A DNA stretch of 64,000 bases from Camelus ferus (taxonomy: Eukaryota): positions 120,592,001 to 120,656,000 of the forward strand of contig NC_045697.1 of the NCBI RefSeq assembly GCF_009834535.1, written 5' to 3'. The stretch's first letter is position 1. Every line of letters starts with the position of its first letter. Shown here piece by piece: positions 1 to 13,200 of this stretch. The notes below the pieces were generated by a model that was not told where the DNA came from, made no database searches, and saw only the letters and a list, made by a program, of their open reading frames with translations. Both the position numbers and the translations under genes were made by a program.

Positions 1-707
1 ATGCATCTCGGATTCCACAAATAATAACTACAGAGTTGTTAGCATGTAGATTACTATAATTTTATCCACCATACAAGGCAAATGTCGCTTACAAGAATTT
101 TGTCATTTTTTGAAAATTTTTCCAACGCCAATTTGAAAATGAGGCAGTTTTCACCGAAAAATGCTCTAGAGAGAGTTTCCACAGAATAGACTTTTATTTA
201 CATAGGTTCCCTCACCGTGAAATTCTGTGTTCCGAGAAAGCTGCTTGCATAACACTGTTTCGACAATTATCCACTACAGAATTTTTAGCATGTGGATTAC
301 TGAACTTTCATCCACCATACAATTCATATTGACACTTAGAATCAATTTCTCATATTCGAAGTGTTTTCCTAATGCAGTGTTGAAAATGAGGCAGATTTCG
401 CAGATAAATGCTTTTGGAGCGAGTTCTACTAATACAATGTGTAATTTTCAAGGTTTCTTTTACCGTGATAGTCTGTGTTCCGAACACATTACAGGATCAC
501 GGATTTGACACATTGATTAATGAGTTGGGAACGTGTTGATTACCGAACATTCATCCAAAAACACGGCATATTTACACCTAGAAATTTTTTCTCTGTGGTT
601 GCAGATTTGTCCGAATGCCAGTTGCAAAAAACAGGCAGTTTTCACAGAAAATTCTCTTCGAGCGTGTTCTATCAGACAGACATGAAAGTTACCAAGTTTC
701 ACTACCA
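1..707 (-). repeat. ~247-bp satellite monomers in reverse orientation (partial E, D, C, partial B)
   Basis: Bases 1-80 are the reverse complement of monomer E (TGCCTTGTATGGTGGATAAAA...CATGCTAACAACTCTGTAGTTA). ACTTTCATCCACCATAC near 304-320 is the reverse complement of the conserved box. Slightly more diverged or error-prone than the main array. Confidence 0.93.
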
Positions 708-807
708 NNNNNNNNNNNNNNNNNNNNNNNNNNNNNNNNNNNNNNNNNNNNNNNNNNNNNNNNNNNNNNNNNNNNNNNNNNNNNNNNNNNNNNNNNNNNN
801 NNNNNNN
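708..807. other. Assembly gap (exactly 100 N, placeholder size)
   Basis: Run of 100 N; satellite orientation differs on the two sides. Confidence 0.99.
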
Positions 808-822
808 ATATATGTCTTATAA

Positions 823-3544
823 GGTGGATGAAAGTACTGTAATCCACAGGCACACAACTGAGTAATTAACGTTTGTCAAAACCGTGATGCATGTAGAATG
901 TTCAGAAAACGGAAAGTCGCTTTGAGGGAAACTGCTTAAATTAAAATTCCTCTGGTTAGAACTCGCTTGAAGAGGTTTTTTCCTGAGAAAACTTCATGAT
1001 TTTAAAACCTGAAGTTAGGAAAAAGCTGTGAAAGCAGAGTAAATAATTCTAGGTGTAAATATGCCTTGTATGGTGGATTAAATTTCGGAAATCCACATGC
1101 TCTCTAATCAGTAATGAATGTTTTATAAATCCATTATGCATATAGCTTGTTCTGAACAAGGAATGTCATGGTAATTGAAACATTGTAAATTTCATGTCTG
1201 TCTGATAGAACACGCTCGAAGAGAATTTTTCTGTGAATACTGCCTGTTTTTTGCAACTGGCATTCGGACAAATCTGCAAACACAGAGAAAAATTTCTAGG
1301 TGTAAATATGCCGTGTTTGTTGGATGAATGTTCGGTAATCAACACGTTCCCAACTCATTAATCAATGTTTGTCGAATCCGTGATCCATGTAATGTGTTCG
1401 GAACACAGACTATCACGGTAATAGAAACCTTGCAAATTACACATGTATTAGGTAGAACTCGCTCCAAAAACATTTATCTGCGAAATCTGCCTCATTTTCA
1501 AAACTGGCATTAGAAAAACACTTCGAAATCTGAGAAAATGATTCTAAGTGTCAATATGAATTGCATGGTGGATGAAAGTTCAGTAATCCACATGCTAAAA
1601 AATTCTGTGGAGAATATATGTCGAAACTGTTATGCATGCAGCTTTCTCGGAACCCAGAATTTGACGGTGAGCGAACCTATGTAAATTAAATGTCTATTGT
1701 GTAGAACTCTCTCCAAGAGCATTTTTCCGTGAAAACTGCCTCATTTTCGAAACTGGCGTTAGGAAAAACTTTCAAAAAATTAGAAAATGCTTGTAAGCGC
1801 CATTATGCCTTGTATGGTGGATGAAAGTTCTGTAATCCACATGCACACAACTGAGTAATGAATGTTTGTCAAATCCGTGATGCATGTAGCGTGTTTAGAA
1901 AATTGAAAGTCACTTTCAGGGAAACTATTTAAATTATAATTCTACTGAGTAGAACTCGCATGAAGAGTCTTTTTCTGCGATAACTTCATGATTTTTGAAA
2001 CTGAATTTATGAAAAAGCTGGGAAAGCAGAGTAAATGATTCTAGGTGTAAATATACCTTGTATGGTGGTGGAAAGTTCAGAAATCCACATGCTCACAACC
2101 CAGTTATGAGTAATTTCTAAATCCAATTTTCATGTAGTGTGTTATGAACACGGAATGTCATGGTAAGTGAAACATTGTAAATTTCATGTCTATTGCCTAG
2201 AACACGATCGAAGAGAATTTTTCTGTGAAAACTGCCTGTATTTTGCAAGTGGCATTAGGACAAATATGAGAACACAGAGAAAAATGTCTAGGTGTAAATA
2301 TGCAGTGTTTGGTGGATGAAAGTTTGGTATTCCACATGTTCAGAGCTCATTAAAAATGTATGTCCAATCCGTGATCCATGTAGCGTGTTTGGAACACAGA
2401 ATATCACGGAGATAGAAACTTTGTAAATTACATGTGTATTGTGTAGAACTCGTTCCAAAGCATTATTCTGTGAAATCTGCCTCATTTTCAAATCTGACAT
2501 TAGGAAAACACTTCAAAATCTGAGAAAATGCTTCTTAGTGTCAATATGACTTGTATGGTGGATGAAAGTTTGGTAATAAACACGTTCACCACTCAATAAA
2601 GAATGTTTGTCGAATCAGTGATGCATGTAGCGTGCTCAGAACACGCAATGTCACGGTGAGTGAAAGCATTTAAATTACTTGTCCACTTGGTAGAACTTGC
2701 TACAAAAGCATTTCTCTGTGAAATCTGCCTCATTTTGAAAACTGGCATTAGGAAAAATTCGAATTTTGAGAAAATGCTTCTAACTGCCAATATGACTTGT
2801 ATGGTGATGAAAGTTCAGAAATACACATGCTAACAAATCTGTAGTGAATATTTTTCAAAACCGTGATGCATGCAGTTTTTTCATAACACAGAATTTGAGG
2901 ATGAGCGAATCTATGTAAATTACATGTCTATTGGGTGGGACAAGTTCCAAGAGTATATTTCTTTGAAAACTGCCTGATTTCAGAAACTGACGTTAGGAAA
3001 AGTCTGCATATACTTTGTACATGTTTCTAGCTGTATATATACATATTATGGTAGATGAAAGTTCAGTAATCCACATGCTAACAACTCAGCAGTGAATATT
3101 TATCGAACCTGCGGTGCAAGTAGCAAGTTTGAAGCACTGAATTTCACGGCGAGGGACCCTATTTAAATTATAAGTCCAATGTGTAGAATAAGCTACAAGA
3201 AATTTATCCTGCTATAGTTGCTAGATTTTCTAAACTGCCATTAGGAAAAAGCTGCGAACTCAGAATAATGTTTTCTAGGTTTATATATGCCTTATATGTT
3301 GGATGAAAATTCTGTAATCTACATGCACACAACTGAGTAACGATTGTTTGTCAAATCCGTGATGAATTTAGCATGTTCGGACCATGGAAAGTCACTTTGT
3401 GGGAAACTATTGAAATTAATATTCTACTGGGTCGAACTCGCTTGCAGAGATTTCTTCTGAAAATACATCATGATTTTCAAAAGAGATTGTAGGAAAAGTA
3501 GTGAAATCAGAGTAAATATTTCTAGGAGTATATATGTCTTATAA
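823..3544 (+). repeat. 11-mer HOR variant (A-B-C-D-J-K-L-M-N-O-P; E-I missing)
   Basis: A-to-A distance is 2722 bp (11 x 247). Monomer D runs directly into J at ~1803-1822. Confidence 0.9.
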
Positions 3545-6500
3545 GGTGGAAGAAAGTACTGTAATCCACAGGCACACAACTGAGTAATTAACGTTTGTCA
3601 AATCCGTGATGCATGTAGCATGTTCAGAAAACGGAAAGTCACTTTGAGGGAAACTGCTTAAATTACAGTTCCTATGGATAGAACTCGCTTGAAGAGGTTT
3701 TTTCCTGAGAAAACTTCATGATTTTAAACCTGAAGTTAGGAAATAGCTGTGAAAGTAGAGTAAATATTTCTAGGTGTAAATAAGCCTTGTATGGTGGATT
3801 AAATTTCGGAAATCCTCATACTCTCTAACCTGTAATGAATGTTTCATAAATCCATTATACATATAGCGTGTTCTGAACAAGGAATGTCATGGTAAGTGAA
3901 ACATTGTAAAATTCATTTCTGTTTGATAGAACACGCTCGAAGAGAATTTTTCTGTGAAAACTGCCTGTTTTTTCAACTGGCATTCGGACAAATCTGCAAA
4001 CACAAAGAAAAATTTCTAGGTGTAAATATGCCGTGTTTGTTGGATGAATGTTCGGTAATCAACACGTTCCCAATTCATTAATTAATGTTTGTCGAATCCG
4101 TGATCCATGTAACGTGTTCGGAACACAGACTATCACGGTAATAGAAACCTTGCAATTTACACATGTATTAGGTAGAATTCACTCCAAAAGCATTTATCTG
4201 CGAAATCTGCTTCATTTTTAAAACTGGCATTAGATAAACACTTCGAAATCTGAGAAAAAGATTCTAAGTGTCAATATGAATTGTATGGTGGATGAAAGTT
4301 CAATAATCAACATTCTAAAAAATTTTGTAGTGAATACTTGTTGAAACTGTTATGCATGCAGCTTTCTCGGAACACAGAATTTGACGGTGAGTGTACCTAT
4401 GTAAATTAAATGTCTATTGTGTACAACTCTCTCCAAGAGCATTTTTCTGTGAAAACTGCCTCATTTTCGAAAGTGGTGTTAGGAAAACTTTCAAAAAAAT
4501 TTGAAAATTCTTGTAAGCGCCATTATGCTTTGTATGGTGGATAAAACTACGGTAATCCACATGCTAACAACTCTGTAGTTAATATTTGTGGAATCCGAGA
4601 TGCATGTAGCATGTTCAGAACATGTAATTTCACGGTGAGCAAAACTATGTAAATTACATGTCTCAGTTAGACTTTGCTTCAAAAGCTTTCTCTGCGAAAT
4701 CTGCCGCATTTTCTAAACTGGCGTTTGGAAACCTCTGTGAAATCAGAGAAAATGCTTCTAAGTATCAATATGCCTTTTATTATGCTGAAAGTTCGGTAAT
4801 CCTCATGCAAACACATTTGTAGTGAATATATGTCGAATCCGTTATGCATGTAACTTGTTCGAAACACGTAATTTCACAGCAATGGAATCTATGTAAATTA
4901 CATTCCTAGTGGGTAGAAATCGCTCCAAAATGTTATTCCTTAGAAAAATGCCTAATTTTCAAAACTGCTATTAGGAAATTGCTGCGAACTCAGAGTTAAT
5001 ATTTCTAGGTGCAAATATGTCTTGTGTGGTGGATGAAAGTTTGTAATGCACATGCTTACACTCAATAAGGAATGTTGTAGAATCTGTGATGCATGTAATG
5101 TATTCGGAACATGGAATGTCTTGGTAACTGAAACTATGTAAATTACAAGTGTATTGGATAGATCTCACTCCAAGAGTATTTTTCTGTGAAAACGGTCTTA
5201 TTTTCAAAACTGGCATTAAGAAATATCTGCAAATACTGAGTACATGCTTCTAGCTGTATATATACATTGTATGGTAGATGAAAGTACATTAATCCACATG
5301 CTAACCATTCAGCACTTTATATTTGTCGAGCTGTGGTGAATGAAGCATGTTCGGAGCACGGTATGTCACGGCGAGAGGATCTATGTAAATTACATGTCTA
5401 TTGTTTAGAACACTCTACAAGAGAATTATCCTGCAAAAGTTGCCTTATATTCTAAACTGCATTTAGGAAAAAGCTGCAAATTCAGAATAATAATTTCAAG
5501 GTTAATATATGCATTATATGGTGGATGAAAGTTCTATAAATCACAGGCACACAACTGAGTAATGAATGTTTGTCAAATCTGTGATGAATTTAACATGTTC
5601 GCACCACGGAAAGTCCCTTTGATGGAAACAATTGAAATTGCAATTCTAAGGGATAGATGTCACATGAAGAGATTGTTTCTGGGAAACATTTATAATTTTC
5701 GAGACTGATGTTAGGAAAAATCTGTGAAATCAGAGTAAATATTTCTAGGTGTATTTATGCCTTGTAAGGTGGATGAAAGTTCTGTAATCCACATGCACAC
5801 AACTGAGTAATGAATGTTTGTCAAATCCGTGATGAATGCAGTGTGTACGACCACGGAAAGTCACTTTGTGGGAAACAATTGAAACTGCAATTCTAATGGG
5901 TAGAACTCACATGCAGAGTTTTTTTCTGGGAAATCTTTATGATTTTTGAGACTGATGTTAGGAAAAATCTGTCAAATCAGGGTAAATATTTCTAGGTGTA
6001 TTTATGCCTTGTATGGTGGATGAAAGTTCTGTAATCCACATGCACACAACTGAGTAATGAATGTTTGTCAAATCCGTGATGCATGTAGCGTGTTCAGAAA
6101 ATGGAAATTCACTTTCAGGGAAACTATTTAAATTATAAGTCTACTGAGTATAACTCGCTTGAAGAGATTTTTTCTGCGAAAACTTCATGATTTTTGAAAC
6201 TGAATTTAGGAAAATGCTGGGAAAGCAGAGTAAATATTGTAGGTGTATATATACCTTGTATGGTGGTTGAAAGTTCAGAAATCCTCATGCTCACAACTCA
6301 GTAATGAATGATTTCTAAATCCAATATGCATGTAGCGTGTTATGAACACGGAATGTCATGGTAAGTGAAACATTGTAAATTTTATTTCTATTGGATAGAA
6401 CACGATCGAAGAGAATTTTTCTGTGAAAACTGCCTGTTTTTTCAACTGGCATTCGGACAAATCTGCAAACACAAAGAAAAATTTCTAGGTGTAAATATGC

Positions 6501-9500
6501 CGTGTTTGTTGGATGAATGTTCGGTAATCAACACGTTCCCAATTCATTAATTAATGTTTGTCGAATCCGTGATCCATGTAACGTGTTCGGAACACAGACT
6601 ATCACGGTAATAGAAACCTTGCAATTTACACATGTATTAGGTAGAATTCACTCCAAAAGCATTTATCTGCGAAATCTGCTTCATTTTTAAAACTGGCATT
6701 AGATAAACACTTCGAAATCTGAGAAAAAGATTCTAAGTGTCAATATGAATTGTATGGTGGATGAAAGTTCAATAATCAACATTCTAAAAAATTTTGTAGT
6801 GAATACTTGTTGAAACTGTTATGCATGCAGCTTTCTCGGAACACAGAATTTGACGGTGAGTGTACCTATGTAAATTAAATGTCTATTGTGTACAACTCTC
6901 TCCAAGAGCATTTTTCTGTGAAAACTGCCTCATTTTCGAAGTGGTGTTAGGAAAACTTTCAAAAAATTTGAAAATTCTTGTAAGCGCCATTATGCTTTGT
7001 ATGGTGGATAAAACTACGGTAATCCACATGCTAACAACTCTGTAGTTAATATTTGTGGAATCCGAGATGCATGTAGCATGTTCAGAACATGTAATTTCAC
7101 GGTGAGCAAAACTATGTAAATTACATGTCTCAGTTAGACTTTGCTTCAAAAGCTTTCTCTGCGAAATCTGCCGCATTTTCTAAACTGGCGTTTGGAAACC
7201 TCTGTGAAATCAGAGAAAATGCTTCTAAGTATCAATATGCCTTTTATTATGCTGAAAGTTCGGTAATCCTCATGCAAACACATTTGTAGTGAATATATGT
7301 CGAATCCGTTATGCATGTAACTTGTTCGAAACACGTAATTTCACAGCAATGGAATCTATGTAAATTACATTCCTAGTGGGTAGAAATCGCTCCAAAATGT
7401 TATTCCTTAGAAAAATGCCTAATTTTCAAAACTGCTATTAGGAAATTGCTGCGAACTCAGAGTTAATATTTCTAGGTGCAAATATGTCTTGTGTGGTGGA
7501 TGAAAGTTTGTAATGCACATGCTTACACTCAATAAGGAATGTTGTAGAATCTGTGATGCATGTAATGTATTCGGAACATGGAATGTCTTGGTAACTGAAA
7601 CTATGTAAATTACAAGTGTATTGGATAGATCTCACTCCAAGAGTATTTTTCTGTGAAAACGGTCTTATTTTCAAAACTGGCATTAAGAAATATCTGCAAA
7701 TACTGAGTACATGCTTCTAGCTGTATATATACATTGTATGGTAGATGAAAGTACATTAATCCACATGCTAACCATTCAGCACTTTATATTTGTCGAGCTG
7801 TGGTGAATGAAGCATGTTCGGAGCACGGTATGTCACGGCGAGAGGATCTATGTAAATTACATGTCTATTGTTTAGAACACTCTACAAGAGAATTATCCTG
7901 CAAAAGTTGCCTTATATTCTAAACTGCATTTAGGAAAAAGCTGCAAATTCAGAATAATAATTTCAAGGTTAATATATGCATTATATGGTGGATGAAAGTT
8001 CTATAAATCACAGGCACACAACTGAGTAATGAATGTTTGTCAAATCTGTGATGAATTTAACATGTTCGCACCACGGAAAGTCCCTTTGATGGAAACAATT
8101 GAAATTGCAATTCTAAGGGATAGATGTCACATGAAGAGATTGTTTCTGGGAAACATTTATAATTTTCGAGACTGATGTTAGGAAAAATCTGTGAAATCAG
8201 AGTAAATATTTCTAGGTGTATTTATGCCTTGTAAGGTGGATGAAAGTTCTGTAATCCACATGCACACAACTGAGTAATGAATGTTTGTCAAATCCGTGAT
8301 GAATGCAGTGTGTACGACCACGGAAAGTCACTTTGTGGGAAACAATTGAAACTGCAATTCTAATGGGTAGAACTCACATGCAGAGTTTTTTTCTGGGAAA
8401 TCTTTATGATTTTTGAGACTGATGTTAGGAAAAATCTGTCAAATCAGGGTAAATATTTCTAGGTGTATTTATGCCTTGTATGGTGGATGAAAGTTCTGTA
8501 ATCCACATGCACACAACTGAGTAATGAATGTTTGTCAAATCCGTGATGCATGTAGCGTGTTCAGAAAATGGAAATTCACTTTCAGGGAAACTATTTAAAT
8601 TATAAGTCTACTGAGTATAACTCGCTTGAAGAGATTTTTTCTGCGAAAACTTCATGATTTTTGAAACTGAATTTAGGAAAATGCTGGGAAAGCAGAGTAA
8701 ATATTTGTAGGTGTATATATACCTTGTATGGTGGTTGAAAGTTCAGAAATCCTCATGCTCACAACTCAGTAATGAATGATTTCTAAATCCAATATGCATG
8801 TAGCGTGTTATGAACACGGAATGTCATGGTAAGTGAAACATTGTAAATTTTATTTCTATTGGATAGAACACGATCGAAGAGAATTTTTCTGTGAAAACTG
8901 CCTGTATTTCGCAAGTGGCATTAGGACAAATCTGCAAACACAGAGAAAAATATCTAGGTGTATATATGCAGTGTTTGGTGGATGAAAGTTTGGTATTCCA
9001 CATGTTCAAAGCTCATTAAAAAATGTTTGTCCAATCCGTGATCCATGTAGCGTGTTTGGAACACAGAATATCACGGTAATAGAAACTTTGTAAATTACAT
9101 CTGTATTCGGTAGAACTCGTTTCAAAAGCATTATTCTTTGAAATCTGCCTCATTTTCAAATCTGACATTAGGAAAACACTTCAAAATCTGAGAAAATGCT
9201 TCTAAGTGTCAATATGACTTGTATGGTGGATGAAAGTTCGGTAATAAACACGTTCACAACTCAATAAAGAATGTTTGTCGAATAAGTGGTGCATGTACGT
9301 GTTCAGAACATGCAATGTCACGGTGAGTGAAAGCATTTAAATTACATGTCCACTAGGTAGAACTTGCACCAAAAGCATTTTTCTGTGAAATCTTCCTCAT
9401 TTTCCAAACTGGCATTAGGGAAAAATTCGAATTTTGAGAAAATGCTTCTAAGTGCCATTATGATTGTATGGTGATGAAAGTTCAGAAATACATATGTTAA

Positions 9501-10212
9501 CAAACCGGTAGTGAATAATTTTTGAAACCGTGATGCATGCAGTTTTTTCAGAACACAGAATTTGACGATGAGCAAATCTATGTAAATTACATGTCTATTG
9601 GTTGGAACAAGTTCCAAGAGTATATTTCTTAGAAAACTGCCTGATTTCCGAAACTGACGTTAGGAAATATCTGCATATACTTTGTACATGTTTCTAGTTG
9701 TATATACACATTTTATGGTAGATGAAAGTTCAGTAATCCACATGCTAACAACTCAGCAGTGAATATTTGTCGAACCTGCGGTGCAAGTAGCAAGTTTGAA
9801 GCACGGAATTTTACGGCGAAGGACTCTATGTAAATTATATGTCCAATGTGTAGAACATGCTACAAGAGATTTATCCTGCTACAGTTGCCAGATTTTCTAA
9901 ACTGCCATTAGGAAAAAGCTGCGAACTCAGAATAATGTTTTCTAGGTTTATATATGCCTTATATGGTGGATGAAAATTCTGTAATCTACATGCACACAAC
10001 TGAGTAACGAATGTATTTCAAATCCGTGATGAATTTAGAATGTTCGGACCATGGAAAGTCACTTTGTGGGAAACTATTGAAATTACAATTCTACTGGGTC
10101 GAACTCGCTTGCAGAGAATACTTCTGCAAAAACATCATGATTTTCAAAACAGACGGAAGGAAAAACTAGTGAAATCAGAGTAACTATTTCTAGGTGTATA
10201 TTTGACTTATAA
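3545..10212 (+). repeat. 17-mer HOR variant containing an internal 10-monomer tandem duplication (27 monomers in total)
   Basis: A-to-A distance is 6668 bp (27 x 247). An extra monomer lies at 5520-5767 and 7987-8234. 3937-6405 is repeated at 6406-8873. Confidence 0.88.
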
Positions 10213-13200
10213 GCTGGATGAAAGTTCTGTAATCCACATGCACACAACTGAGTAATTAACGTTTGTCAAATCCGTGATGCATGTAGCATGTTCAGAAACT
10301 GGAAAGTCGCTTTGAGGGAAACTGCTTAAATTACAATTCCTCTGGATAGAACTCGCTTGAAGAGGTTTTTTCCTGAGAAAACTTCATGATTTTAAAACCT
10401 GAAGTTAGGAAAAAGCTGTGAAAGCAGAGTAAATATTTCTAGGTGTAAATATGCCTTGTATGGTGGATTAAATTTCGGAAATCCACATGCTCTCTAATCA
10501 GTAATGAATGTTTTATACATCCAATATGCATAGAGCGTGTTCTGAACAGCGAATGTCATGGTAGGTGAAACATTGTAAATTTCATGTCTGTCTGATAGAA
10601 CACGCTCGAAGAGAATTTTTCTGTGAAAACTGCCTGTTTTTTGCAACTGGCATTCGGACAAATCTGCAAACACAGAGAAAAATGTCTAGGTGTAAATATG
10701 CCGTGTTTGTTGGATGAATGTTCGGTAATCAACACGTTCCCAACTCATTAATCAATGTTTGTCGAATCCGTGATCCATGTAATGTGTTCGGAACACAGAC
10801 TATCACGGTAATAGAAACCTTGCAAATTACACATGTATTAGGTAGAACTCGCTCCAAAAGCATTTATCTGCGAAATCTGCCCCAGTTTCAAAACTGGCAT
10901 TAGAAAAACACTTCAAAATCTTAGAAAATGATTCTAAGTGTCAATATGAATTGTATGGTGGATGAAAGTTCAGTAATCCACATGCTAAAAAATTGTGTAG
11001 TGAATATTTGTCGAAACTGTTATGCAAGCAGCTTTCTCGGAACACAGAATTTGATGGTGAGCGAACCTATGTAAATTAAATGTCTATTGTGTAGAACTCT
11101 CTCCAAGAGCATTTTTCGGTGAAAACTTCCTCATTTTCGAAACTGGCATTAGGAAAACTTTCAAAAAATGAGAAAATTCTTGTAAGGGCCATTATGCCTT
11201 GTATGGTGGATAAAACTACGCTAATCCACATGCTAACAACTCTGTAGTTAATATTTCTGGAAACCGAGATGCAACTAGCCTGTTCAGAACACGGAATTTC
11301 ACGGTGAGCAAATCTTAGTAAATTACAAGTCTCTTGGGTAGAACACGCTCCAAGAGCTTTTTGCTGTGAAATCTGCCGCATTTTCTAAACTGGCGTTTGG
11401 AAACCTCTGTGAAATCAGAGAAAATGCTTCTAAGTATCAATATGCCTTTTATTATGCTGAAAGTTCAGTAATCCACATGCAAACAAATTTGTAGTGAATA
11501 TATGTCGAATCCGTTATCCATGTTGCGTGTTCGAAAGACGTAAATTCACAGCAATGGAATCTATGCAAATTACATGCCTAGTGGGTAGAAATCGGTCCAA
11601 CAGTTTTTTCCTTAGAAAAATGCATAATTTTTAAAACTGCTATTAGGAAATTGCTGCGAACTCAGAGTTAATGTTTCTAGGTGCAAACATGTCTTGTGTG
11701 GTAGATGAAAGTTTGTAAAGCACATGCTTACACTCAATAAAGAATGTTGTAGAATCTGTGATGCATGTAATGTATTCAGAACACGGAATGTCATGGTAAG
11801 TGAAACTCTGTAAATTACAAGTGTATTGGATAGAACTCACTCCAAGAGGATTTTCCTGTGAAAACTGTCTTATTTTTGAAACTGGCATTAAGGAATATCT
11901 GCAAATACTGAGCACATGATTCTAGCTGTATATATACATTGTATGGTAGATGAAAGTACATTAATCCACATGCTAACAACTCAGCACTTAATATTTGTCG
12001 AACTGCGGTGCATGTAGCATGTTCGGAGTACGGTATGTCACGGCGAGGAGATCTATGTAAATTACATGTCTACTGTGTAGAACACTCTACAAGAGAATTA
12101 TCCTGCAAAATTCCCTGATATTCTAAACTGCAGATAGGAAAAAGCTGCAAAATCAGAATAATATTTTCAAGGTGTATATATGCATTTTATGTTGGATGAA
12201 AGTTCTGTAATTCACAGGCACACAACTGACTAATGAATGTTTGACAAATCCGTGATGAATGCAGTGTGTTCGGACCACGGAAAGTCACTTTGTGGGAAAC
12301 AATTGAAATTGCAATTCTAATGGGTAGAACTCACATGCAGAGTTTTTTTCTGGGAAAACTTTATGATTTTCGAGACTGACGTTAGGAAAAATCTGTGAAA
12401 TCAGGGTAAATACTTCTAGGTGTATTTATGCCTTGTATGGTGGATGAAAGTTCTGTAATCCACATACACACAACTGAGTAATGAATGATTGTCAAAACCG
12501 TGATGCATGTAGCGTGTTCAGAAAATGGAAAGTCACTTTGAGGTAAACTATTTAAATTACTATTCTACTGAGTAGAACTCGCATGAAGAGGTTTTTTCTG
12601 GGAAAACTTCATGATTATTTTAACTGAAGTTAGGAAAAAGCTGGGAAAGCAGAGTAAATATTTCTAGGTGTAAATATAGCTTGTATGGTGGTGGAAAGAT
12701 CAGAAATCCACATGCTCACAACTCAGTAATGAATGATATCTTAATCCAAAATGCATGTAACGTGTTATGAACACGGAATGTCACGGTAAGTGAATCATTG
12801 TAAATTTCATGTCTATTGGATAGAACACGATCGAAGAGAATTTTTCTGTGAAAACTGCCTGTATTTTGCAAGTGGCATTAGGACAAATCTGCGAACACAG
12901 AGAAAAACGTCTAGGTGTAAATATACAGTGTTTGGTGGATGAAAGTTTGGTATTCCACATGTTGAGAGCTCATTAAAAAATGTTTGTCCAATCCGTGATC
13001 CATGTAGCGTGTTTGGAACACAGAATATCACGGTGATAGAAACTTTGTAAATTACATGTGTATTGGGTAGAAATCGTTCCAAAAGCATTATTCTGTGAAA
13101 TCTGCCTCAGTTTCAAATCTGACATTAGGAAAAATCTTCAAAATCTGAGAAAATGCTTCTAAGTGTCAATATGACTTGTTTGGTGGATGAAAGTTTGGTA

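Noticed and set aside
12265..12290. CENP-B-box-like word (GTTCGGACCACGGAAA / GTTCGGAACACGGAAT)
   Set aside because: It has TTCG....A but lacks the correctly spaced CGGG of the canonical NTTCGNNNNANNCGGGN motif. I saw no canonical box by eye, although the scan was not exhaustive.
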